DNA from: Nageia nagi | Lineage: Eukaryota > Plantae > Pinophyta | Reading direction: 5' to 3' | Assembly (NCBI GenBank): GCA_050084985.1 | Contig: JBITNC010000001.1 | Span: 145,452,001-145,516,000 of the forward strand | Length of the DNA: 64,000 bases | Part shown: piece by piece, positions 14,730 to 26,536 of the stretch | Layout: each line of letters starts with the position of its first letter | How positions within the stretch are numbered: the stretch's first letter is position 1 | Program-made: the position numbers and the translations under genes | The notes under the pieces: model-generated | The model's input: only the letters and a program-made list of their open reading frames with translations | Database searches by the model: none | Told to the model about the DNA's origin: nothing

Positions 14730-16609
14730 TATCAATGCACCCTCGAGATTGTGAAGATGGTAGGGGATTATTGAATACCCCTAGCTATGTATTATCTAAA
14801 TGTATAGGTCCTATCTATGTAACTGGTTTTTGATCCATCCTAATTGCTCCATTATCAATAAAATCCTATATAAGGTTATGAAGTGTCCTACAATCCTAGG
14901 TTAGATGATGAGGTACTCTATGATAATTGCAAAATTGCTCATAGTGAAAATTTGTAGGCATACCATTAGTAAACTTAGGTTCAACAATAGAAGGTAATTC
15001 AATTAGTTCCTCATCTTATAATACATTCAAAATATTATCAATAATATCAGTAAAAGAATTATATTGGTGAGTATTTTTGGGTGGAGAACCACCTCATTTT
15101 TTGCAATCAACATGATTTGCTTCAACCTTGGTTTTATTTTCAGTAATAGGTTTTGCAGGTGAATTATGCTCAATATGTTTCATAGCACTCAACTTTTTAA
15201 TACATGGTTCCTTTTTAGTAATAGTGTCAATCATATTTCCTAAAGACATATCATGATTAGAGATGGAAAATAGCTTATATATAGGCAAAATATCATCCAC
15301 AAAAATATTCTTGAGTTCATGTTCATCCATGGTGAGTTTATTAGTAGTTTGTTTCCATATCTTTATTAAATCCTTCAATGATTGGTTAGGGAGCTATTTA
15401 ATTTTACACAAGCCCTTAAAATAAACCTTCTCAGTAATGTTATAACCATAATCATGCAAAAATATGTGAATCAAATCCTCATACTGATCAATGGTACTTT
15501 TGGGAAGCCAAAAGTACCATTTTAGAGCCACATCCTTCAAACTATAAGAAAACAACTTAGCCAACAAATCTTGATCATGCATATATTTAATAGCCTTTTC
15601 ATGAAATTTATGAACATGCATCCTAAGATCTTGCATACCATCAAACTTTGTAAATTTGACACTCTTTTTCCTAAGGATTATTTTGGTGAGAATTCTAGTA
15701 GTGAGGGTTCTTTTAAAACATGAAAGGAAATCATCCTCATTACTTACCATGTTGTTAAACCCTAAATTGGTGTTTGGGGATGGTGGTGGGTAAGGAAGAG
15801 GTTATTGTGTATTTTTTGATGTTTTAAGTGGAATATTTTTCAAAACAACAAACTCATTAGTATGATTAACCCTATCCTACTCGAGTTCATGCAATAACCC
15901 TATTAGGATTTCTAATTGTTCATATGGAGGTTGTTTATACCAATTAATATTTTCTTAGATATCCATAATGATAACTACCTTAATCTCATGCTCCTTAGGA
16001 GTTGGTTGTAGCTTAAAGGCTTCTCTAATAACTTTAGTAAGTTGCTTCTTAATGAGAGTTTTAATTTCATCATCAATTAAAAGAACTTAACCCTTACCGT
16101 TCTTATCTCGATCAAAGTAATGTGGATTAAGGATCAAACTGTTGTAAGATTCTTCATCCTCATCCTTAGGTTCTGAAAAGTCATCACTTTCAAAAACATC
16201 ATCCTTATGTAGTGGTTATTCCAACTAAGCATTAAGCTCTGGTTCAAACTCTGCTCTGTTAGGATCTATGTCTCTTGTGTTGTGCATTTCATGTGTAGGT
16301 TGGAGATATTTCGATGCTTGCTCATAATGGAATAAGCTATCTTCAAATTCTATAATTTCCAATTGGTTATCAAGCAAATTTGCATCTATAAGAAGTTCCA
16401 CCACAATAGCAGCATTATTGCAAAAAAATAATTTTATCCATTCTTTATTAGATAACACCTATTTAATAGATTGAGCATTATAAGTAATCCTATCAAGATC
16501 GAGGAGTTCATCATCATTAGAATGCTTCGAATGAGGAACCAAATTATCCAAGTTGCTAGGATCAAGAATAGCATAGCGATTAGGAGTCTCTCCAATAATG
16601 GACATTCAT
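14730..16609 (-). pseudogene. gag of element B (retrotransposon gag domain plus CHHC-type knuckle)
   Basis: KFTKFDGMQDLRMHV...LFSYSLKDVALKWYF (15394-15750); FCNYHRVPHHLT*DC at about 14890-14935; in-frame stops. Confidence 0.88.
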
Positions 16610-16911
16610 TTATAGGAATCTAAATATTTAGAATCCCATATGGTCATAGGAGGAGGGATTTGAATAGACAATTCATAAGTAATTTTAAGACTTTTCTTAA
16701 CCTCCAACTACTATACTTTGGATTTGGATATTGTAGGGTTATCTGGGTTAAGATTCATATTTGGGATATAAGTAGAATAAGCCCTCATTTTATCTTTCTC
16801 TTTAGCTACTATTTGGAGCACTTCCTTTGTGGAGAGAAAAAGTAATGAAAATGGATTCATGACTTTATAGAAGGATTTTTCCCTAGATGAAGACCTAGGT
16901 GTGCAAGAATT

Positions 16912-16923
16912 TCGGGTTCACCA
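16912..16923 (-). promoter_or_regulatory. Primer binding site of B, complementary to tRNA-Trp
   Basis: TGGTGAACCCGA, 2 nt after the LTR end. Plant cytosolic tRNA-Trp ends ...GTCGGGTTCA-CCA (recalled, not searched). Confidence 0.75.
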
Positions 16924-16925
16924 AA

Positions 16926-17608
16926 TGTAGACCCTAAATAATGGTGATGATGTAATTAGTTAGGGGAATTAACACATGCATTATTTGGTCTATTACTTAG
17001 TTGACATAAAGCAATAATATGATAATATATGATTAAGCATATAGGTTCATTTCATTAATATGCATATTCAATTAATCAACGGAAGGCATACATCAAGAAT
17101 GACCAATATCATATCCACTAGTATGATGCTGGTACCCTAGTAATAGTACACTATTAGTGTCATGTTAATAATCAAATTAAAGAGGCAATGAAATATGAAA
17201 TGATAATCAAAATAATAATTTATCAATATAACAAAAGTATGATAATTATTGAGATAAGAGATTCACTTTTTATAGAAAAAAGACCTTGCAAAGGTTTGCT
17301 TTGCAAATGATGTTCAAGTCCTTGATTCTCTATTCGATATTCAATTAATAGAAGCCTTGGTTCTTCTCTAATATGTGCCTTTTCTAGTCTCCTCTTGACG
17401 ATAATCCCCTCATTTATCTTTGTATTTCTTTAATGCCTTTATATAGGGATGCTTCTATTATAGGATTTGACCCCTTGTATAATCCATAAGGGTCAAATAT
17501 ATGGTCTACATTTATTTTATACATTTTAAATCCCTTTTTAAATAATACATTATTAAGGGATTAAAATTATTTATTAAATACATAAAGGTTCATTTTGAGG
17601 CATCTACA
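16926..17608 (-). repeat. 5' LTR of element B
   Basis: TGTAGA...TCTACA termini. Confidence 0.93.
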
Positions 17609-17613
17609 CTTAC

Positions 17614-18240
17614 CATGGCTCTTTGATAAGTTGCACCTGCATTCTTTATACCAGAAGGCATGACTACCCAAAAAATGTTCCCTAAGGAGTAACAAAAGCT
17701 ATTTTATGTTGTTCCTCCTTGTTGATTATAATTTTATTTTAGTCAAAAAATCCATCCATGAAAGATAAAATTTCATGGGTTGCTATTGAATCTACAATCA
17801 TATCAATGCTAGGAAAAGGAAAGGCATAATTAGGATATGCCTTGTTGATATCCCTAAAATCTATACATCTTATTTCACCATTAGGCTTAGATGTAGGTAC
17901 AATGTTAGAGATCCATGGTGAATAATCAATAGGAACAATAAAACCATTAATAATATACTTTCCAATTTCCTTTTTAATAGCAAGGGATACCCTAGGATGC
18001 ATCTTTCTAGGCTTTTGTTAGATTGGTTTGACATCTTTATTGAAAACTAGGCTATAAGTGACAAAATTAGGATCAATACTAAGCATATTAAAATAATACC
18101 AAGATAAAATATTAGAAAAATCTTTTAACAGTAGATGGTACCTTTCCAATTCCCATTCTTCCAAAGTTAACCAAGCTCCTATTTTGATTAACAGTGGGTC
18201 CTCTTGGGTACTAGTGTTTACTTCTACTATTTGTTTATTA
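17614..18240 (-). pseudogene. RT N-terminal half of element A
   Basis: ORF 17739-18002 contains YSPWISNIVP..KPNG.IRCIDFRDINKA...SFMDGF, followed by NAGATYQRAM up to the B insertion. Confidence 0.9.
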
Positions 18241-18630
18241 ATATAGGATATTTCATCATTGATTTAGTGAGGCATAGGAAATTCCCCAATATTCCATCCA
18301 AACTCAACCATAAAAGATGGGAATAATGGAGCAATAGTGCTAGGAACCCAACATTATTTCCCTATTAAAAAATGGGATGACTAAATACAAAAGATAGACT
18401 ACCTAGACCTATGATTGAATCGATGAAAAATGAATAAAATATGAATGAAAGATGAATGAAAAATGAAATGAAGGGTAAGGATCTAACCTATAATGTCTAC
18501 ATCATCCGTGTAGACCTCCTCACAAAAATAAACTTGATATCATATGAACCATTTTGCGAGCCTCTTTTCACCAGATTGTGCCCCCAACTTTTCAAGGATA
18601 ACATCATCATTCTTGAATATGTTAAGCAAT

Positions 18631-19356
18631 TGTTATAACTGAAATAATAATAATTAGAGTTATCTACAAAATAATAAATTCATCAATTAACTATGAAATA
18701 ATAGAAAATTAATGACATTAAAGATGATAGTAAATTAATTGACCTTGACCTATCAAAATTAGATCTAGGAAAGATACAAACTTGTAATTTACTTATGATA
18801 ATGAACAATGGAAAAATTTGATTGAAAGAGGACAAACAATGAGCTTCTCTGAAACATGAGCTAAGAATCCAACCTCAACCTAATGGTAGTGCTAAAAACC
18901 TAATGACATCACCTAATTATTGTTCCAATATACCTCACCCTTTTTCTTGATGTCATCACCCCACCTCCAATGCATAGAATCTCTCTTGTGAAGGGATGAA
19001 ATATCATAGGAATGCAAAGCTTAGAGTATAACAAAATCCATAGATCATAGGTAGTGTTAAGAAAAACCAATCAAAATTGACATAAGTATATTGCCACCTA
19101 TCAAGGATTTGTGATTATATCATGTCATATCATCTCTTTGAGGATGCATAAACCCTCCATATTTATAGGCAATAGGTCTAGTACTAAGGCTCCTCTTTAG
19201 ACTTATTGTGATGCCAAGTTAACTTGTGACCATAAAATATAAAAGTAGATGCGAGTGCACATAGAAAAGAGCATTTATTAAATATATTAAATAAATTATT
19301 TCAAATATCTAAAAGAGGATTTTAATTAAATTAAAATTTCTTATTAGGTGTTAACA
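18631..19356 (-). repeat. 5' LTR of element A
   Basis: Starts tgttataac and ends gttaaca; homologous to 5653-6377. Confidence 0.9.
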
Positions 19357-20338
19357 AAAACATATATTGAAGTACATAATTTGAAATTTGATATTAATAT
19401 CCATGGATGACCAGAAAAATGGTAAGTGGGATTATGGAAAAATACATATAGGAAGAGAAAGGGATTTCCTTATGTAACTTTTATATGTAAGAGTGATAGG
19501 TGGATAAAAAAGAAAGTATCAAATACAAGCTTGCATGAGGCAGAAAGAATATATTTATATAAGTCAAGGGGTTCCTTTAGTATTTATGGGCAAAACAAAA
19601 ATCCTTATGTTACAACCAGAGGAAATAAGTTCCCTAGTAGTTTTAGTAGTAGTGAACTAATGGCTAATCCTTATAGAATCTTCAAGATTAAATTTAATTT
19701 AGGTTAATGTGTAAAAAAATATTTTATTGATATATATTACAAAATCCATGCGAAAAAATTCGACCACCCATAAAAATATCAGTGGTTTCCTTAAGCTATA
19801 AATGAAAGTTAATGGAAATATAGACCCCTTTCATGGTTCAAGTTAAAAAATAGGACTCAATTTTATCACAATTAAACTTACTTAGAAGGGATAAAAGTTG
19901 GTCTAACAAGAACCATAAGGCTATGTGAAGTTCAAGAAATCTAGCTAAATGGGACTAAAGCACACCCTTATATAATAAAGTATTTAGTTTATTATGAAAA
20001 AGACTTCTACAATTTACCAAATAATGTTTTCCTAGTGGTTTAGGATAAATGTAGTAGATATATTACACTATCAAGAATTAAAAATTAAAAAATCCCTTTA
20101 TTGTATTATAAGAAACCTTAACCTTGTACATTGTGACCTACGTATCATGGTAGTGAATTAAGGATGTTTTGAGAAGAGCTTCAAATAATAAGAAAAGTAA
20201 TAAATTAATAATACATATATTAGATTTTTAAAAATTGAAAAAGTAAAAGCCTCCATAGAAATACGAGAGGGAGGTGGTAAAGGATTTATCATTATAATTA
20301 CCTTGTTGTAAATATTTAAAATAAATATCATTCTTTTT

Positions 20339-21176
20339 TTATATATGAACAATGGGGACAAAGGGGAGAATAATATATTTCTAATGTTTGCTATTTTTTT
20401 GTAGCTTTAAAATTTAAGGGAATCTAAGATAATTTTTCTAAGTATTTTTGTTAAAGAATATTAAACATTCTCTTCTTAGTGTATCAAAATGCTTTGTTCC
20501 ATTTTATATTATGGTAGTGATGGAAATATGCCAATCTAGTTATGGTTATAATCTAGCAATGGAAATATATCAATTTGGTGATAATATGGTAATGATGATA
20601 TACTGAATTGGTGGTCTAGTGATTAGATAATTATCTACTTTAGTGGATCAATAATCTAGAGATCTATCAATGAAAATTTAGTGCTTATATGTGATGTGAG
20701 ATGTAGATTTACAAGTTGGATATAATCAAGTGCGAAGAGAATCTAGGAAGTGTAAAAAGGAAAAAGGAGGTAACCAATGATGATTGAATATGTGAGGATA
20801 TGATATGGGATTCACATATGCATATTAAAATAGTAAAAATATGAGAAATAATAATTATAGAGTTCCATTTCTTGAATTACAAACCAATTTGACCTTTGAC
20901 GCATCTCATGACTATAAATTTGGATTAATTTGAATAAATTTATGAGAGGAGGTTAGAGCAATATTTTTCATTAGAGAGATATTAGGCTAGAAAACTGAAA
21001 TCAAATTATGACCATTTGAGAATTCGAGAATATATATTAACTTATGTTATTTATTTTTCATATATTGAATAACATGAAACTAACTTTTGGGCTTATTTCT
21101 TTAAATTTGTAGAGTATGAATTATTTTCTTTCATATCCTTATTATTTGAACTTCCACCACTGTCCTACAATAGGTA
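20339..21176 (+). repeat. 5' LTR of element E
   Basis: Shares blocks with 30542-31489, e.g. gaagagaatctaggaagtgt, gagttccatttcttgaa and tttgaacttccacc. Confidence 0.8.
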
Positions 21177-21179
21177 AGT

Positions 21180-21190
21180 TGGTATCAAAG
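21180..21190 (+). promoter_or_regulatory. Primer binding site (tRNA-iMet type) of E
   Basis: TGGTATCAAAG versus canonical TGGTATCAGAG. Confidence 0.8.
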
Positions 21191-21225
21191 AGTAGAAACT
21201 CAGGTAACCAAAGGATATTGAAATA

Positions 21226-22530
21226 TGCAACCAAGGAGAAGGTCCACAATTATTGAACTTGCTCAAATGGTTTAATTATTGAGAGGTATAAATACCAAAT
21301 TAGAAGCACTATAACTAGGATAAAGAAGGGAATTCCCATTAAAGATGAAAGTGATAATAAGGAGAAAATATCAATCAAAGATTCATATGTTGAAGAACAT
21401 ATAGATGGACTAGAGTAGGTTCATAAAATTTCTTATAAGGAATAAAAAGAAGTATAAGTTAGATACTCCAAGATATGATGCAAGTATGAACCTTAAAGAG
21501 CTCACAGATTTGATCACATGCATGGAGAAATGATTTTGGTTTTGAATCCATAACAAACCCAAAGAGAGTAATTTTTCCTTATACCAAGATGAAGGCACAT
21601 GTATCCTTGTGATGGGATAATGTTTATATAAAGAGAGAAAGAAAAATAAAGGAGAAAATTAAAACTTGGGATAGGATAATAGAAACATCGAAGATAATTT
21701 TTTTTTTTAATATACTACCAATTGGGGTTATTCAAGAACTTGTAGAACTTAAGAAAAAGAGATAAGAGTGTAAAGGAATTCATAGAGGATTTCTATAAAA
21801 TTATTATCAATTCAAGTCATGTGGAAGATGGTAAGAATAAGGTGGAAGAATATATGAATTTAATATATTTTGTAATTCAGGATGAGTTTTGGATTCTTAA
21901 ATTGAGAATAGAAAATAAGACATAATAATGTAATTGAAAGTAGAAAAACTATCAAAGAAGCAAAAATAACTCCATATGGAGAGGAAGGTCCCTTAGAGAA
22001 AGCTGGTAGGATTCTATAGGAAGGCGCCAACATAACAAAGAAGTGGAGGCTAATAATTCCCAAAGAAAATTAAGTTAAAATATAAGATCAAGAAAATACA
22101 ATGGAAGAGGAAGATGATAATATGATTGAGGAAGATATCAGGGTTAGAGTAGAGCCTATTAAAAATATGGAGTAATGGGGCATAGAGCTTATAAGTGCAC
22201 ATACTCATAAAAATATGATAGTAGAGGATTTGAAGCAAGGAATCCTATTGATCAAGCATATGAAGAAAGTGTGATATAATAAAAATATGTATAAGAGTCC
22301 AAATAAGGAATGTATCTAATGATAAAGAAGGTGCTCTTAAAACTAGACAAGGAGGAGGTAAAATAGTGTAATGGAAGAGATTATTTAGAACCATGTTAGA
22401 ACCATTTGCATATTAAGAGATAAATGATGCAAGGTTATTGTATATAGTGGGAGCATTAATTATTTGGTATGAAATTAGATGGTAGAGAAGCTTGAATTGA
22501 AGAAGATTGCAAAGTTTATTAATTGTAAAA
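21226..22530 (+). pseudogene. gag and protease start of E
   Basis: PRYDASMNLKELTDLITCMEK-like gag motif at about 21468-21530; KVIVYSGS decayed protease site at about 22431. Confidence 0.7.
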
Positions 22531-22747
22531 GGGTATTTAGAAACCTAAAACTGATTTTTATTTATTATAAAATTATTTATATGATATATAAATAAAATAT
22601 TATTTAAATGATGCAAATATCAAAACTAATATGATAATAGTTTACTAATCATACATTAATCAAGGATAATATCTCTTAATCATGATTATCTTTAGATTTA
22701 TCCTATGAATATCATTAGTATCAAATGTCCTTCTAGAATTATCTTGA

Positions 22748-22808
22748 GATTATTATTATTGTTATTGTTGTTGTTGTTGTTATTCTTTTGTTATTATTAT
22801 TATTGTTA

Positions 22809-22872
<64 letters not shown>
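22748..22872. repeat. (TTA/TTG)n microsatellite in the 5' LTR of D
   Basis: Directly visible; source of the spurious poly-L/Y ORF. Confidence 0.97.
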
Positions 22873-22874
<2 letters not shown>

Positions 22875-24394
22875 TCTTGGGATTTTATCTATCTTTTTTT
22901 TTCTATGTGTTGATAGGTATAAAAGAACGAGCAAGGCATGGCATTCCCTATTAGATTCTCACTCAATTTGGATAGGCTGACTGAGAGAATCACACTTCCA
23001 TAATACTACTATTTGGTTTCTTTCCACACCATATATCTATGGATTTTTTACACTCTCTAGTGTTTAAATACATTCTATTTTATAAACATAATCTAACACT
23101 AGAATGATAAGGACAATGCCAATGAAGTTAGTCTACTACTATAATGGTATTGATGAAGTTGATTCACTATAGATATGAAGTTTATGCTACTGAATTGGAG
23201 TGTAATATCCAAGTGGTGAGAACCTATAATTGAGGTATTTCATATTTGAATCCTATTAATCATGGTTCTTATCTAATCTACCTTTTAACAAGCTCAGATC
23301 ATTTGAGGATTACTTCTAATCAGGTGCATTCATTCTTAATTATATTCCTTATATATTAAATTTTATTGTACCCTCTAAATAATATTTAGTTATGTTTATT
23401 TACCAATCATAAATCATTATTTATTATCTACATTTTTGGTGAATCGATGTGTCTTTCAAACCTTGAAATTTTAATTTTAGGGCATCACATTTTTTGAGTT
23501 TCTCGTTGAAAGTTATAGATCTAAATTGCTCTTCAAATTTAATAATTTTATAAAAATTATTCAATTTTATTTCTTAAAATTTACGGAATTTTATTTTGGT
23601 ATAAAATATTTTTATAAAAATCCCTAAATCTAGAAACATTTTTTAAAAATTTGATGGCTTATTATATCATAAAAACTTATCAAAAGCATATATAAGTTAT
23701 CATAGTAGATAAAGTTTTGAGAGAAATTTGAGATTATTACATTCATTTTCATCAAGTTTTCTAAATATTTTCAATTTACAAATAAGATAGTTTCACATAA
23801 AAACCTAAATCTTGAAAATTATTTTCTTGAATTTGGAAATTCTAGCATCATAAAACTTGTCCTATATCATAGATGTACATGCTGGAAATTTACTTTTAGC
23901 TTTGTTAGAGTATATTATACTTAGGTATAATATTTACTTAAGTTTTACTAGGATATTAGGTATTATATTTTTATCCTTTTCCTAGTTTGTTTAGGATTCT
24001 AAAAACTTCTGGTTATGAATCCCTACATGTAATTTGTGCATCTTGGCTATTTATTCATAGCCTCTCTTTTGGAATAATCAATCAGTTTCATGAGTTTCTC
24101 TTCATTCCTTTTGTAGTGCTATGTATAGCTATTTTCCTAGGTTTGTATTGCTTTTCTGTAATCCTTTCAAGCTTTGCATGGTCTAAAAGTGTATGTTTAG
24201 TCATATTTATTTAATTTTCATGCAAACTCTAGATCTTGCATCATGAATCTATATATTTTATTATTTTTAGATTTAAATGAAATAAAATCATTATATCCAC
24301 ATATAGTTGAGAAAATCTTGAATAAATGTAAAAATGAGATAATAGATGATGATGCATTAAAACCTAATAAGATAGAGGAAAACCAAGTGGATGA

Positions 24395-24960
24395 TAAAAA
24401 TGAAGACAAAATTGCATTTGAAAATCCTCCTAGCATGCATGAACAAAATTTTAATTAGAATGAGCATTATGAAATTGCATATGAAATTTTTGAAGATCTT
24501 AATGAGAATGAGCATTACGAAATTGAATTTGAAAATTTTGAAGTTCTTAAAGAGAACTAGCATTATGAAATTGCATTTTAAAAATTTTAAATATCCTAAT
24601 GAGAATTAGCATTATGAAATTGCATTTGAAAATTTTGAATATCTTAATGAGAATGAGCATTTGAAAATTTTGAAGATCTTTATGAGTATGAGCATTATGA
24701 TATTGCATTTGAAAATCCTCATAGCATGCATGAAAAAGATCTTAATAAGAAAAAACATTATGATATTGTATTTGAAAATCTTTCTAGTATTCAAGATGAT
24801 ATTAATGAAAATGAACATTATGATATTGCATTTGAAAATCTTCACAGTATTAAGAGGATCTTAATGAGCATAGGCATTATATTGTTGCATTTGAAAATCT
24901 TCTTATCATTAAAGCAAATCTTAATGACCATAAGTTTGATGATATTGCATTTCAAACTTG
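24395..24960 (+). repeat. 48/60 bp tandem repeat, about 11 units, inside D
   Basis: Unit aatgagcattatgaaattgcatttgaaaattttgaagatcttaatgag, which translates as NEHYEIAFENFEDLNE. Confidence 0.92.
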
Positions 24961-26536
24961 GTATTTAAAATAATAAACATCAAAAGGTATATGATTTCAC
25001 AAGATGAAGAGCATGAACTAAAATATCAATGTAGCTCATATTTGATTAAGGAAATTTCAGAATTTCAATAGTCAAAAGAGAAAAGTATTAAATATGATGA
25101 TACTGGTTGTGAATATAGTTTATCATTTTTCAAATCATATAGAATATGTTGTATATTATCACATAGGCTTATATTTTTAGTTACATATCATATTGCATTA
25201 TATTCTATCCCCATTTTTTTATTCTATCAAGGTATTAAAAGATCCATCATCATTGCAACCCCATAATGAAACTATCACATAGAGTCGGTTAATGAATGGA
25301 TTTGATCAACATGGTAATCTCATTATGTTTTAATCCTCACACATTTCATAATTTCTATCAATATCTCATAAAATATAGTCAAAAATCATTAATATATTCA
25401 ATCTTCACATCTCTCATTCTCATTATTTCTATCAAGATCTCATCTATTATTATCACATCTCTTCAATAAATTCAATCTTCACATATCTCATCTCTATCAT
25501 TTCATCTATTAATATAATATTCTCATTAAGTTTCATCAATTTATCCATCAAGATCTCATTTAACTTAATGACTTACCATGTTCATCAAATTTTTCTCATG
25601 CTAGCTAGTGCAACTCATATTATATTTGCACTTGCATTTCATATTAGGAAGAGGCATCAAGACAACAATATTAATGCATATTAAAGGGAAGCACATTTCA
25701 AATTTAGACATTTTTTTTTCTTTCTTTTTTTTCTCCAATCATATTTAGATTATGCAATTTTAATTATTTTCATTACATATCCAAATATGGCCAAAATATA
25801 GACATCTAAAAATGATTTTCTATTTATTATAAAATTATATTTATAGTATCTAAATAGAATAAATGATGCAAATATCAAGGCTAATATTCTAATAGTTTAC
25901 CAATCATGCACTAATCAAGGCTAATATCTCTTAATCATGATTATATCTAAATTTATCTTGAGAATTTCATTAGTTATACATGTTCTAGAATTTTCTTAAG
26001 ATTATTATTATTATTTCATATTCTTGGGATGTCAACTATCACTCTTTTCTATATCTTGATAGGTATAAAAGGAGTAAAGATGACATTACCTATCAAATTG
26101 TAATTCAATTTGGATAGGTCGGTTGAGATAATCATATCCCCATATTATGCTCTCTATCTTTTGAATACTTTTTATTTTAAGCACATGATCTAATACTACA
26201 ATAAGGAAAACATTGGTGGACTTAGTATATTATTGTACTGACATCAATAAAGTTAATTTCACTACAAAGATGATGTTGTTACTATAGTTCGAAGAGAGTT
26301 GGAGCATAAAATCCAAGTGGTGATGAAACCAAAATCAAGGTATATAATATATGGATCCTATTCATCACATGTATGTTCCAACCTCATTTCACCAAGCTTG
26401 CATCATTTAAGGATTGCTTTTAATTAAACGCACTTAGTCTTGATTATATTCCTTAGATCTTGAATGTTATTGCACCTTGTAAATAAGATTTAACTATATT
26501 TATTTATTAATCATAAATCATTATTTATTATCTTAA

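Larger units (their letters stand above)
9755..17608 (-). mobile_element. Element B: pol-less (gag-only) LTR retrotransposon nested in the RT of A
   Basis: LTRs at 9755-10436 and 16926-17608. Perfect TSD CTTAC (9750-9754, 17609-17613); removing B restores ATYQRAMVSMFHDNVEVYVDD. PBS, PPT and gag present; no RT/INT motifs seen inside. Confidence 0.92.
5653..19356 (-). mobile_element. Element A: Tat/Ogre-like Ty3/gypsy LTR retrotransposon, decayed, gag/protease absent, interrupted by element B
   Basis: Two ~725 bp direct repeats (5653-6377, 18631-19356) with TGTTA...TAACA termini on the right copy. Flanks ATAAC/AAAAC (4/5 TSD). Minus-strand RT, RH, aRH and INT remnants lie between them. Confidence 0.85.
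22536..26536 (+). mobile_element. Element D: non-autonomous LTR element (no gag/pol recognised) inserted in the protease of E
   Basis: LTRs at 22536-23432 and 25797-26536; PBS-like TGGTGAATCGATGTG at 23437; flanks GGGTA/AGGTC (decayed TSD); host protease sequence resumes after 26536. Confidence 0.8.

Noticed and set aside
22705-22980. 91 aa poly-Leu/Tyr ORF
   Set aside because: It is a translation of the (TTA/TTG)n microsatellite inside an LTR.
24395-24960. Regularly spaced repeats resembling a CRISPR array
   Set aside because: The units are head-to-tail without unique spacers, there are no cas genes, and the context is a eukaryotic LTR element.
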